A stretch of DNA of 64,000 bases, taken from positions 372,001 through 436,000 of the forward strand of contig OZ316894.1 of the NCBI GenBank assembly GCA_973895155.1, in the 5' to 3' direction. Every line of letters begins with the position of its first letter. Within the stretch, counting starts at the first letter, position 1. This stretch comes from Marsupella aquatica (Eukaryota; Plantae; Marchantiophyta). Shown piece by piece: positions 35,301 to 47,132 of this stretch. The position numbers were made by a program, and so were the translations under genes. Under the pieces are notes generated by a model. The model saw only the letters and a program-made list of their open reading frames with translations, was not told the DNA's origin and made no database searches.

Positions 35301-36207
35301 AAGTAAGAAGCAGGACAGGCTCCGTGCTATTCTAAATTTTGATTCGGAAGACGAGGATGAGGGTGGCAATGCTTCTCAGCAATCTAAAGATGATGAGGTG
35401 TCGAAGAATGTGGTGGACCTTGGATCTGGAGATGAGGACAGTGAAGAGTCAGAAGAGTAATTTTCTTTAGCTTCTTTCTCTCATTGTATACTTTTTTCCA
35501 AAGAACTCCTCTACTCCCTTTTGTCTAGAAAATTCGCCCGATTTCCCGACTTCGACTAAAGAACTCCAGTTCAAATTCTCAGGTCAGAGTGGAATCTTCG
35601 GAGGCGTTTTCAACTTCGAAGGAACGTCTCTAGGAACGTTGTACAGACCCCGGAGAAGCCATTTGTTCTCCCCTCTTATGCTGAAAAGGCGGCACGATGG
35701 GCAGATTCAGTCAGGACGCTTACTTGGGAGAGTAAGGGTCTTAGACTCAGGAGAGGCTCAGATAGAAAGTTTGTGCATAATCACTTCGTAGATGATATTG
35801 CAAAATCCAAGTATGTGGACGACGAAGCAGAGTCCACTGATAGATCAGAAAGTAGCGGCTCTGAATCGGGCTCAGAGTCGAGTGGTGGTTGTGGATCTGG
35901 TCTTTAGTTCTCCTTGTTTTATTTACCCGTTTATGGAGAACGACGACACTCAATAAGAACGCCGTGACGTGTCGGATTAGAGTAGCGCCCGACGCTATTA
36001 CTGTAGCCGGTAGTTCAAAGAGGTTTTTATTTTGTTTTTTTCCTTATAGCGCCCGGCGCTAGTATAAATGTACTCAATGGCCGCTTCACGTCCAATATAT
36101 GTGACAATATTTTCATACCCTTCGGTGTCTTTTTTTGGGTGCACATTTGCTGGTATGAGTTTTGCTGTTTGCTGTTTGCTGTCACGGAGAGATCCCCCGC
36201 CATTGAA

Positions 36208-36756
36208 TACACTAAACATCTTATCCTTGAGCACAGCAAAATCAGGATGCGAATCACACTCCCTCTCAAAAGCTTCATTCTGCGCCAACCACATTGGATC
36301 CCAGCTCTGTCTGATTGTGTCATTCAGAAACTGCACGTCCCCATTCTCATTTGTCATTTGCACATAGAAACGAGGCGCGTCCTCAATGTACCCTTGAGCT
36401 CGGAACTCGCTCTTAAGAGTCTCTATCGCATTCGAATCTGTCTGCAGAGACCTTACGAGCTGCATGTTCCGCATTCGACATAGTGGAATTCTTGGGGGAA
36501 CAAGAGGATACCCAAATTCATCTAGCCCAAACTGGTAAAGGTGACGGTTAATTACAACTGAGAAAGGCTCGGACTTGGTAGAAGCCATCAAAGGTGGTAC
36601 AATATCCATTGGATCAACAAGCTTTCGCCTCCTTGGAGTCTTCAGCCCCGAAGCAAGTGCTTTGTGGCTTGTAGAACTTCTGGTCTCCCGACGTTGAGAG
36701 GCAGCTGATTGTGAGGCAACGGATGAAATAGACTCAGGAGATGCAAAAGTTGCCAT
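36208..36756 (-). pseudogene. 5' part (ParB-like domain) of the outer element's ParB-MTase-like gene
   Basis: MATFASPES..PPRIPLCRMRNMQLVRSLQ..IETLKSEFRAQGY..LKDKMFSVF matches exon 1 of the gene at 27741 and stops exactly at the TSD. Confidence 0.88.
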
Positions 36757-37356
36757 CGACTGATAAGGAGAAGAGAACCACACGAAGGGAAGACAAGGAA
36801 TTGGTACGGTGAATGCAAAGGAATCCAAAGTCACATGTGTTGGGAATCCAAAGTAAGAATTCAGGGGAATCCAAAGTAACCCATACTACAGTGTACTTGA
36901 CAGTGACAGGGAATATCAGTATTTAACACCTTCATGTGAAAGATCCATCAACAAGATCTCAACTCTGTTAATCCCACCAGCACTAACGTTAACGAAGCTC
37001 CAGTTAACGTTAACTTGGAGTCTAGTTAGTATTTACCAACAACTCGGTCGGATGAAATGTACATTCAACTTCAACGGGTTGGAGACAATTAATCTCTAGG
37101 TGACCAACTTGGGTTGGGTGTCCGTTGACACTAACCATTCTCCAAAAAAAAATATATGCCGATGGAATAAATAAACCAAAGTATTTATGAAATGTACTCT
37201 TTCAAATCAAGTTAACCCTTCCAACGGTAATATAATTTTGAATCTTTGGTGCACGTAGATGCACTTGGTCACCATTTGGAACGAGTCTGGATCTTTTTAA
37301 TGGAAAAATGGACAAACCCCATACGTTGTTTAAGCCCAGTATTTAGACAGTTTTTT

Positions 37357-37993
37357 GCCAGCGACATCGCTGGCCAAATCACTGTAAACCCTAAACCCTT
37401 AATATGATGTTTGTCCATTTAAAATGAGCTCTTAATGCTTTCTGAAAATCTTGAATACTCTACAGAATCTTTGAAACTGTTAACCCCCTCTACTAAAAGC
37501 TCTCGGTTTAACTACTATGTTATGACATTTAGGAAATATATTAGGTTCTGGATTCCTGAATTGACCCCCAAACTGAAATAAAAGTATATGCAAATTTCTG
37601 CGGCTTCAGGCTAGCGGTATCGCTGGCCTTATTGAAGTTTTATGAATGGTTTAATTACGGGACATCTCAGATTCCTCTCTTCTGTTTATATCATGTTGTT
37701 GGTGAACATGATGTTTTCAAATATCAAAAATATAGATCTTAAACACTGAAAACTTACCTGAATTATGTCTAGCGAGGTCGCTAGCAAAACTATTTTTAAA
37801 CACAAAGCTCCAAGTTCATTTAGCGTCCTAGTACACCCCAACTATACCCCAAGTTCAGGAAATGTGCTAGTATATCCCTCACCATACTTCTTGTCAAAAT
37901 AAAATAGGCCATTTAATTAAAGAGTAAACACTAAAATTCTGGTTCATAAGCACCTCATTATTCGAGAAAATTTAGGCTAGCGATATCGCTGGC
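37357..37993. repeat. palindrome family AGCGA-N2-TCGCT of the outer element
   Basis: GCCAGCGACATCGCTGGC (37357), GGCTAGCGGTATCGCTGGCC (37609), CTAGCGAGGTCGCTAG (37769) and GCTAGCGATATCGCTGGC (37976). Also CAGCGAGATCGCTG at 13162 and a degenerate copy at 11903. Confidence 0.85.
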
Positions 37994-38474
37994 AATAATT
38001 CTTTCTTGAAGGTATTATAGCCGTTGAGGTTTTGTCGTATCTGCAACATTAAACTGACGTTCCATTATTCTATATTCATCCATGATGTTTGTGTCCAAGT
38101 ATTATTCTATATATTCATCCATGATGTTTGTGTTTGGATCCTTGTCTTGGTTCTCTTTTGATGGCTCCGAGCGTCATTTTCTGGCGTCGGAGCACTGGAG
38201 ACATTGTTACTCTTGAAGTTTCATGTATGAGAAAGATCACCAATGTGACCGAGGCCTTTCTTTTGACAAGATTTGGGCTCAATAACTGTGATTTCATTTC
38301 GAGGTTGTTCTTTCTTGTTTCACTTCATGGATCTAGGAAGGACGAATTCATTTCAAGAACTCTACATGGTGCAAGAGTTTGGGAGGTTGCTTCCGGAGAT
38401 GTTGTTGAGGTTTTGTCAGGCAGAGATGATTTTCTCGAGCCTTTTCAGAATACTCGGGAAAAAGTGTTTGTGGG

Positions 38475-41400
38475 ATCCCACTAAGCTAAGTGTCAGGGCC
38501 GCCTCTTGGTCCTGATCCTAATCCTAAACTTAGAGATCTGAGCCCGCCCTGCCCACTCACGCCTCCTCCCTCCACGTCCGCCCTCCTTGAAAGGAGCGGC
38601 CCTCCACCACCGTCATGGCAGCGGTGTCTGTTCCTCAGTGGACGCCCCCAACGCTTCCTCCTCGGCCACTGCCGTCGGTTTGTTCTCTGACAGATTACCT
38701 GCCCTGGACCGAGTCAACTCTCCATCGGCCTGACTGGGTCCACCCTCGGCTACGGCCTCAGCATCGGCTACGGCCTCAGCATCGGCTACGGCCTCAGCAT
38801 CGGCTACGGCCTCAGCATCGGCTACGGCCTCAGCATCGGCTACGGCCTCAGCATCGGCTACGGCCTCAACATCGGCTACGGCCTCAACATCGGCTTCGTT
38901 ACCGAGTATCCTGGCCTCGGCTTTGCCATCCCCTCCTTCTAGGGTAGTTGGATCCTCTGCCGTGACCCTGCCTGAGGTCGGTGCTGGGTTTACCTCCTTG
39001 GTCACCACGGCCTGTGGAGCCGTATTACTCCTTGACCCAGAAGGTTTCCGCTTCTTCTTCTTTTCTGGTTCGGCAGCTGGCCCCTTCCCCTTGCCACTTA
39101 CTTCAGGCACTGGTGCAAGTGGCGCGGCTTGTCCTTCGGCCAGTACCACTCCTGGTAACTTGGTTGCCCCAATTGGAGTTGGGCCTGATGAAGCCAAGCA
39201 CTTCAATACTGCGGCTTGTTTCTTCAGCCGCTCCGTTTGGTTGTCGGCTTGCCGTTGTAAGTTCTCTAGCTTCCGCGTGCTTTCCTCCAACTCTTCCTGT
39301 ACTTCATCCAGGTCCTTGCGCGCCTCCTCCAGCTCCTTCTGGGCTTCCTCCAGCTCCTTCTTCAACACAGCTCTCTCCTCCCGGGTTGCTCTTAACTCCT
39401 TGTCGAGCTCTGCAATGATGACAGACTCCATCTGGTTCATCTTGGCGTAAGTCTGATCGAGCATATTGTCCTTCTCGCGGAGGTCGGCCTTGAAGCTGGC
39501 CGTCAGGGATGCAAGCTCCTGCTGTAGCATAATAATCCCTTGATAGGATTTCCCTAACTCCGCCTCCTTCTGTTCAAGGGCTCCGCGGATATCCTCGAGC
39601 TCCCCCTTCAATGCCCTTCCCCTTCTCTGGGTCTCCACCATGGCCCGGTTGTTGGCTGTTATGTGGGCCTCCTCTGCATCCCTTAGCTCTCGTTTCCACT
39701 TCTCCCGCTCCTTGATCGCATCGGCCAACTCTCCTTGGGTCCGAGTCAGTTTATCCTTGATAATCTGATTATCAGTCTATGCGGTATCCAACTGGCCCTG
39801 CATGATATTTAGCTCATGCCGCTTAATCCGCAGCTCATCTTGGGCTTTCTTGGCCGCCCTCAGGTCTTCGATTTTGGCTTCCCTTGCCCTAAGCCGACGG
39901 ATGACCTCGTCCTTCTTGCTTCTTTCCAAAGCCACCGCTTCTTCTAATTGGTGCTTCTCCAACATCTCCCTCTGAAAAAAGGGTCCCTGCTCCAACTCCT
40001 CCCCAAAGATGCTGAGCGCCAGTTCTCCACACATTTCCCCGTACTCCATGGCTCTATCTTTAGCGTAGGTGGAGGAAGTAGAAGTCATCGGCATCATCCA
40101 CCGCGGCCTTTGTTCCCAAGCCGCCTTGCGGATCTCTTCTATCGTGGCTGGAGGGCTGCTTTGTTTTTCTGCAAGCCGCTTGATGTTCTCTGGCCATTCT
40201 CCTCCTGGTAAATCCTTCTCCCTAGCCAGGGCCGCCTCCTCTTCCTCCCTGATTCGCTCCTAAAATTCCTGTGCCGTCTGTTTATGCCGTCAAAGCTCGG
40301 GGGAGCGACATCTGGTGGGGGAGACTCGGGGCTGCTCTGCTGGGTCGGGTCCCCATGAACTACTCTTGGGAGCATGGGGATGAACCGGCCACAGGTCCTT
40401 ACTCCTGGAACATGATGATCCGACCCGTAGCCGAAGTTATCATTGTTGTAGTCCTCCACCGCCTCCTCTTCGGCTTGGACTACCGGCTTCTCCCGCTGCT
40501 CTCCTGGTTTTGTCGTGAACACGGCTTCACCTATCACTGGTCTTGGTTCCTCCTCCGGCTTCCGTGTTGATCTCTTGTTCTCCTTGTCGTGGCCGGGAGC
40601 TACGGTTTGCTTCTCCTTGGCTCGTGTTCCGGCCTCCTTCTCTCCTTGACTCCAGTAAAGGGGTTTTCCCTTGTAAGCCGGCTTAGGCCTACCTCTAGAG
40701 CAGTGTCCTATATTGTTGCCGTTGCCGTTGCCGTTCTCTTTTCTTTCTCCAGCAGTTTCCGCAGATTCTGCATGCCTGGTTGCTGCATCGGCAAGTCCTC
40801 CGTCCTTGGCCTAAACACCTGCTCGATTGTACTAGGACTGTCGGGCGGTTTGGGTTTCTCAGTTGCCGGCCTCTGTTCCGGAACCTCCTCCGGTGCCCTT
40901 GCCTGTAGGGGAAGTACCGGGGCAAAGGTCTTACTTTGGGCATACCGGCACAATAGCGGCATGTGATAGCCAAGCCGGGACATGCTTCCCTTGCCGATCA
41001 CCAGCTGTTCCTCCTTCAAGATCTTCTTTAGTTGAGTGAGGAGGTAACCGTTGTAGTCTCGGCTTGGGTCTGACCTCTCTGCCAGATAGACCTGTGCATT
41101 GCCGATCTCTGGTCTCGGCCAGTTGCAATGCATGGTCACCCGCAAGAAATCGATCATCTCTCCTATATGCGGGTTGGTGCAGGTGTTATGGAAGAAGCCA
41201 TTCTTTGTTGAAGGTCCTGGAAACGACCGGAACTCCTTGTCTGGCAAGGTCTTCCTGGTGTCTACCTTGGTCTTATTGCCCATCGGCAAGCCAAACACTT
41301 CGGCAATCACCTGGGGAGTGAGATAGAAATCCTTCCCATACACCCTTGTCGAATTGGTCTCGTACTCCCATGATCCCACGAATTCTAGTAAGTCTGAATC

Positions 41401-42455
41401 CGGCACCACCTGCTTCAGCCACGGTAACTTTACGAAGGGTTCCAAGCCGGATCCGGCCATGAAGCCTTGGTATTTCCGAGTCTGCATAGCCGTAAAGCAT
41501 GCATCCTCCTCCCGTGCAAAGTGTAATTGCACCTCCTCGGGGAGGATCGCCGCCCAACCTTTCCAGGTGTCATTTCTTGTCGGAATGGCGTTGATGGGGT
41601 CGACCTCCTCCTCCTCGTCGTCTCTCTGCCTCCTGCTCTGCTGTTCTGCTGGCTTCTTTGGTGCCGCCGACCTCGTTCTTTTTGTTGGGGTGGCCTCTTC
41701 GTTGTTGTTTCCCTTCCTCTTCATCTCGGCTGCCGTGGATGTCTCTCCTAGCATGGTTGCCTTTGTCCACCCCTCCGTGCTACCCTTCAACTCCCAGTGT
41801 ATGTCGTTGCAGCGTTTGATGGCTTCGCCGATGCCGACGACTCTGTCTTCGCAAAACAGAAGGTCGTCGAGTTGATTGGTAGTAGGAGTCCACAAGAATT
41901 TGGCCTTGATGAGTTCTCCTCCTAAGAAGGCAGCTTTCTGCAGCTCCCACAATCGAGCGAGCTCCTGCCGTTCTCGAGCTGCTCTCTCTGATTCTTCGTC
42001 CTCGTAAGTCCCAATGTACTCAGTTGCCCGTTCGAACAGGCATCCCCAAAAATGTGCCGCTTGATTGACGTTGCTCATACCCTTATCGAGTTGATAGTCG
42101 GTATCTGCTCCCACCCTGAGTGCTTGCCTAAGTAGTTGACAGTAGTTGGCCGCCCGTAGTTGTCTGCCCAGTTTGTGCTTGCAAATGAGCCATAATTCCT
42201 TGCGATCGGTCCTTACCCCTCTCCTCCTCTGGTTCTCCCTCCCGTTGGTTACCCCTAGCTGCCGGCACTTAGCGTGCCCTAACCCTAATCGTGTTCTCTC
42301 CCCCGGCGTCCTTACTTCCGGCCTCGGCTCGGGTTCCATAGTCACCCTTAATTGTTTATATTTTCCTTATTTTTGTAACTATACTAAGGTGTTTCTAGGG
42401 TTCACTTCCCTTTTCCCACTTTAACTAGCCCAATGATTCCTGGCTAGGCATCACA
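38475..42455 (-). mobile_element. LTR B1 (3'-truncated) with disrupted LTR ORF (38613-42345), inserted in the internal region of element B2
   Basis: Terminus GGCATCACA at 42455. Colinear with about 56126-60010; the last ~770 bp of the LTR are missing. The right flank is B internal sequence matching 63850-63883. Confidence 0.88.
38746..38895. repeat. 18-bp coding tandem repeat GCATCGGCTACGGCCTCA, about 8 units, encoding (AEAVAD)n
   Basis: Read directly; the other B copies have only 1-2 such units. Confidence 0.92.
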
Positions 42456-45400
42456 CCCTCGTGATCGGCTTGTATGCTGATCCCTTGGTATTTCATTTAT
42501 TGCCGATGATAGACGGTGTTGTGGATCCTGCCGGCTCTGCCACAATGCCTGAAGAAAATCCACGGGCCCTGCTGTAGCTTCCCACTTAGCCGTTTCACCC
42601 AATGGGTCCAGCTTTCTTGCTTCCTCCGGGATTGAAGCTAAAAAGGTGGATTCTATGGTAAAGCAATCCTTGGTTTCGTCTTCATATTCCTCCAAGTCAC
42701 TCTCCATAGGTTCTTGCCATAGTCCGCTGGGGGATACTTCTGGTCCAAAGACACTTTCTTCGGTTAGGTCAGTGAGGCATTCTAGCCAACGTACCTCATC
42801 GGCTGACTCGAGTCCACTGTCATACCCATCTACCTCCCTGATGCTTTTCCTTCGGTCATCCTTGGTGTCCCAAGATACCGTAATAGCTGGGGTCTCAAAA
42901 GTGAACTCCTTCTTACCCCAATCCTCTATTACCTTGGCTAGGTACAGCCATGGCCTGCTGATTAATAGCCTAAACGATGTAGGGTTTACCGGCTTCATTA
43001 CTACATAGTTAATGCTAAAGAAGATGCCTCCTATCTCCGTCTTGATGCCGATTAACACTCCCGTGGGAATGACTTGATACCCATTGGCCATGTTTAACAC
43101 TCTTCCAGTCATCTCCGGCGTTAGACCCCATCCTTTTGCTATTGAATCAATCATAATACATACCCCTGATCCTCCATCAATGGGTACTTGTAGTAATATT
43201 TCTCCTTGAATCATTAATGGTAATGCTGGGGCTCCTTGATCTTCTTCTATCATCAGCACGTCGGATTTGGTTGCTACCTTGGGTAATCTCGGCTTGCCAA
43301 GAATCGCCTTTCTTAACTGCTTCCGGAAATACGGGCTATTTTTCAATAGTTGACCTACTGTTGCCGAGACTCTAGATTATAGCACATCTTTAGCCAGGTC
43401 ATAGGGAACTATCGGCTTCTCTTCTAGCGGTGTCTCCATCTTGGCTTCGACCTGCTTTTTCACGCTGGTTTCCACAGCCGTTGGATCTTCCAAAGCAAAT
43501 AGCGCTTTTGCTCGTTTCACATCCTTGGCTATGGCTTCGGTATTCTCGAGAGTTTCTAATTCTCGCAGTTGTTCCTTAACACTAGCCGTAATAGAGGGGT
43601 AGAACAACTTAGGGTGATCTCGATTAAAGTTGTTGTCCTGTGAAGGGTTGGGCTCACTCATGGGTTCATGGCTTACCTGTGTTGCCGGCGCCCTTCCTTC
43701 CCCTTCCATTGATGTTGACGAAGAGTTGATCTTTTCTTCCTTAACCTTCCCCTTATTTTTGGCCAGCCCATCCCACCTTTCCTTCCTTCTGGTAGATCGA
43801 GTAGAGACCCGGTAGCAATCATGATCCAAATCCTCTTTTGAAAATGTTGATAGGGCCTCGGCCTCATCATCAGATGGTCCAAACTCTGCCTCAGCATCCG
43901 TTTGCCATCCGAGTTTGATGTGGTTGATTTGAACTCCTCCGGGGGTAGTACCTGGCGGCAAGATCTTGACCGGCAAGAGCTTATGATTTGTGGCCAGGCC
44001 TACCAACCAAGTAGGATATTGTCCTAGCATGTGACCCTCCTGTCGGCATCCCATACATAGCTGAGCTGGTTGTCCATCACCTTGTTTGCGTGCATTTGGG
44101 CATTCTCTAGCAAAATGGCCTGGTTGACCACAATTATAGCATGCCAAAATTGTTGCACATTCGGCCTAGGAGGTACTGACGGATTCTGAATAATCCGAGG
44201 ATACATTTCTCCCGGATTGTTCCTTAATCCTGACCATAGAGATGCAGGTCGGTTGGATAAGTCTCGTGCTCCAGTCTCACTGATGCTGAAAACACTATCA
44301 GCGGCATCTCCTAGGAAGTACTCTACTTCTCCCTGACATGGTCTAACCTCAGCTATATGCCAAACATGACTGGTGTTGAGTTTAGGACATGCATCTTTAT
44401 GGTGTCCGGTTTTATAACATAGGGCACACCATACAGAGCTATCCTCCTGCACTACCTTCTTCTTCGGCTTTGCCTCTGCTATTATAGCCTTAAGCTGCTC
44501 GGTAAGGGCTACGATGTTATCTGGTGTTTTAGCCTCTAGCTTGACTTTCAACTTCCCCTTCCTTCTTCCCTTCTTTTTCCTAGTTTTTTCTTCTTCATAG
44601 CTAGAAGATGACTCACTCTTGCTACTTCCACTATCCGAGCTTGAGTTATCACTTCTTGACTTCTTAGAATGTTTCTTTTTCTTATCTTTTTTCTTATGGG
44701 GTGATCCTTCCTCCGATGAGGAACTCTCAGACTTAAGCTGCTTCTTCCGGCTAGTGATATCAGCATTAATGTATAATTGAATATCTATAATTGCCTCGGC
44801 TAAAGTCTCTGGGTTCTCTTTCCTAATTGCAAAACTCATCTTCTGTGGCAAAGCATTCACCAACCATTGAAGTTGCATACCTTTAGATGCATTGGTCTTT
44901 GTACGTCTTACCAGCTTTTGGAAGCGTTGCAAGAACTTTCTGAAGGATTTGTTCTCCTTGAACCAAAGTCGTCCCAACTTCAGCACTGCTAGCTCTGAGG
45001 TTCCAATGGGTCAAAACTCCTTTACAAATAGTGATTTGAAGGTATGCCAGATGGCTTGATCTTCCACATCCAATGCTCTATACCAGGGCCTAGCCTCACC
45101 CTTGAATAGGCCGGGAAGAATCTGCATTTTGATGGTCGATTCTCCATTTGCTGCAGCGGTCCCTTCGAAGTCATCCAACAATTCATCCGGATCCTCATCT
45201 CCTCTTCCATGAAAGGCCTTGTAATGAATGCGCGACCGTTGGCTCAGTCTGGTCCCTGGCCTCTCATCTGGCCGTGCCTCTGGTTCCCCCATGTCGGTTG
45301 GAGACTCACTTCTCCTTGCCGACTCTTCTTCTGGTATGTCTTCTTCTTCAATGCCACTTTCTGTTACGGAGCTACTAGCTCTGTCTGCCCCTCTCAGTCG

Positions 45401-45487
45401 TTGTGTATCATGCCACCCGACGAGCTGCTGCAGACGAGCTCTCTCCCGTTGAATTGCTCTTTCTTCCCTTGGCGTAGGTTCAGTCAT
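42456..45487 (-). pseudogene. gag: gag-protease of element B2 (stops and frameshift)
   Basis: ORFs 45011-45487, 44024-44986, 43377-44147 and 42444-43346 match 60854-63847. Protease motif VPIDGGSG. PBS TGGCGCAAGATGGAGGGG at 45534-45551. Confidence 0.92.
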
Positions 45488-47024
45488 TACCTATACTTCT
45501 TCCTATCTTCATATCTCACAGCTTAAGAAATGCCCCCTCCATCTTGCGCCAAAAATGTGGTGCGTCCCATGGCTCCCCAAACCCAAGAAACCCCCCTGCG
45601 CAGGCTGATTCCCACAGGTTTCGTCCTCGGAGAGGCCGTTTCCTCGGCTTAGCGGCATGGGACGCTACTAACTTCCCTCTACTACTTCTATTAACATTTT
45701 ACACACATATACTGGACAGATCCTTCATCGGGTCATGAGATACGAAGTCGGCCTAATCTAGGCCTTCCCTTGTATTCCCCTTCTTTTCTTTAGGTATATT
45801 TGGATTCCGCCGCCAGAATGATCCCCAATTGGTTTGGTTAAGCCGCTAAGACCTCTCTCAGCTCGACACATCCAACTCCCTTGCTTACTTCCCTTTGATG
45901 TGGGCACTCTTCACACAAGTTAATGCGACACACAAATAGCAAAATGACTCCTTCTGACTGAGTTATACCATGCACTTGCCATACAAACAGTACATCTCAT
46001 ACACAAGTTCTACGAACTAAGTCGTGAGGCCAACTCTATTCAACTCTTAGGCATGAGGAAACATGAATATACACAAGGGTCACCGTATAACTAACCGAGA
46101 GCTTCTCTTACTACTTGATCCCAGCCCTGCTGGTGCAACTAAAAACTTGCAAAGGAAGAGGCCCAAAACTCCCCGCTGCCCAGGTACTTATCCTGGCAGT
46201 GGATCTGCCCAAGTCCTTGCAACATAAGCCTAATCTATCCTACCTGTAATGTACCTAACTACAATCTATCTATGTACAGCGAGGCAGGAGCACAAGTGTT
46301 GCTCCTACGAGTGGATCCGCAATCCCACTAATCTAAGTGTCAGGGCCGTCTCTTGGTCTTGATCCTCAGCCTAATCTTGGAGATCCAAGCCCGCCCTGCC
46401 CACTCACGCCTCCTACCTCCACGTCTGCCCCTCCTAAAAGGAACGGCGCCCTTGCACCGTCACGACACCGATGGTGGATCCTCAATGGACGCCCAGTAGC
46501 CACTGTCATCGGTCCGTCCTCTGACAGATTACCTGCCCCAGACTGAGTCAACGGGTCTTCGGCCTGACTGGGTCCACCCTCGGCTTCAGCCTCTGCATCG
46601 GCCACGGCCTCCCCGGCTTGCTCAATTGGCGGATCTGGTACACCGGCTTCATTACTGAGCATTTTGGCTTGGGCCGTTGTGACGCCGCCGGTACGGCGGT
46701 TAATGAGTGATTCGGTCTAACTGCGCTTGGCATGCGCGTTAGGAGTGTCTTAGACCGCTATTATTAGCATAACGACAGTATTTAGGTAATCATTATGGGT
46801 AGGATATCATTAGGCAATAAGGGGGGATTCAGGATCGGACTGGCGGCTGGTCGCTATTCGCACACCCGGGTTACGAGCGTGGAGGGGCCCCTCCCTCGGG
46901 TCCGTATAACGAACTTAAGGAAGTGGCCACTGACACGCACTGACTCAGACCGGCACACCACAAGCGTGAGCGGTTCATCCTATGGGCGTCGAGGAGACGA
47001 CGGGGGATCAACAAGCCCTCAAGG

Positions 47025-47032
47025 TATAAAAG
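47025..47032 (+). promoter_or_regulatory. candidate TATA box of the LTR A ORF
   Basis: TATAAAAG about 100 bp upstream of ATG 47133, conserved in A1 (reverse strand near 6458-6465). Confidence 0.5.
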
Positions 47033-47132
47033 GGGAGCCAACCCTTTGTAGTGCACCAGTCCATCAGTCCACGCGCCAACTTCGACCCCAGCTCTCTCGT
47101 TCGCTCTAAGTCGCCACTACTATCTCCTCTGA

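Larger units (their letters stand above)
27741..35880 (+). pseudogene. MULE cargo gene: ParB/Srx-like N-domain, uncharacterised middle domain, beta-class N4/N6 DNA methyltransferase-like domain, acidic tail
   Basis: Exon 1 (27741-28453) reads RIPLCRLLPMEVVR..IEKLKESFRVTGY..FCVFDGNHRLYSW. Introns at about 28454-28580, 33901-34035, 34757-34918 and 35457-35528. MTase-like motifs VDAGFIYIPTG, FLADDGLLAILH and RLPVGFMQTILELVTLPGDIVMDWTVGSGSTFVAGDYSGRFVVGLE. Interrupted by solo LTR C, stops and frameshifts. The 3' end is approximate. Confidence 0.82.
23198..36061. repeat. dispersed 15-bp palindrome TAGCGC-N3-GCGCTA, 17 copies
   Basis: Starts at 23198, 23301, 23359, 25588, 25653, 25717, 26950, 27027, 27119, 27225, 27339, 28542, 33979, 34780, 34853, 35983 and 36047. 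Some copies have 1-2 arm mismatches. Confidence 0.92.
21129..36198. mobile_element. Mutator-like (MULE) DNA transposon with degenerate TIRs, ~11.1 kb without the solo-LTR insert
   Basis: 9-bp TSD GCCATCGAA (21120-21128) and GCCATTGAA (36199-36207). Termini GGGTATAACCACCGTGCTAGCAAATAGTAAAT and reverse-complement GGGGGATCTCTCCGTGACAGCAAACAGCAAAC match at 20/32. Removing the element restores a continuous ..FSVF(D/N)GNHRLYSW.. reading frame. Confidence 0.9.

Noticed and set aside
35998-36198. C-terminal part of the 278-aa ORF 35998-36834
   Set aside because: It is read-through from the split gene into the MULE terminus, not real protein.
38060-38135. ~38-bp local tandem duplication and short ORFs at 38115-38515
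   Set aside because: It looks like simple slippage, and the ORFs show no recognisable motif.
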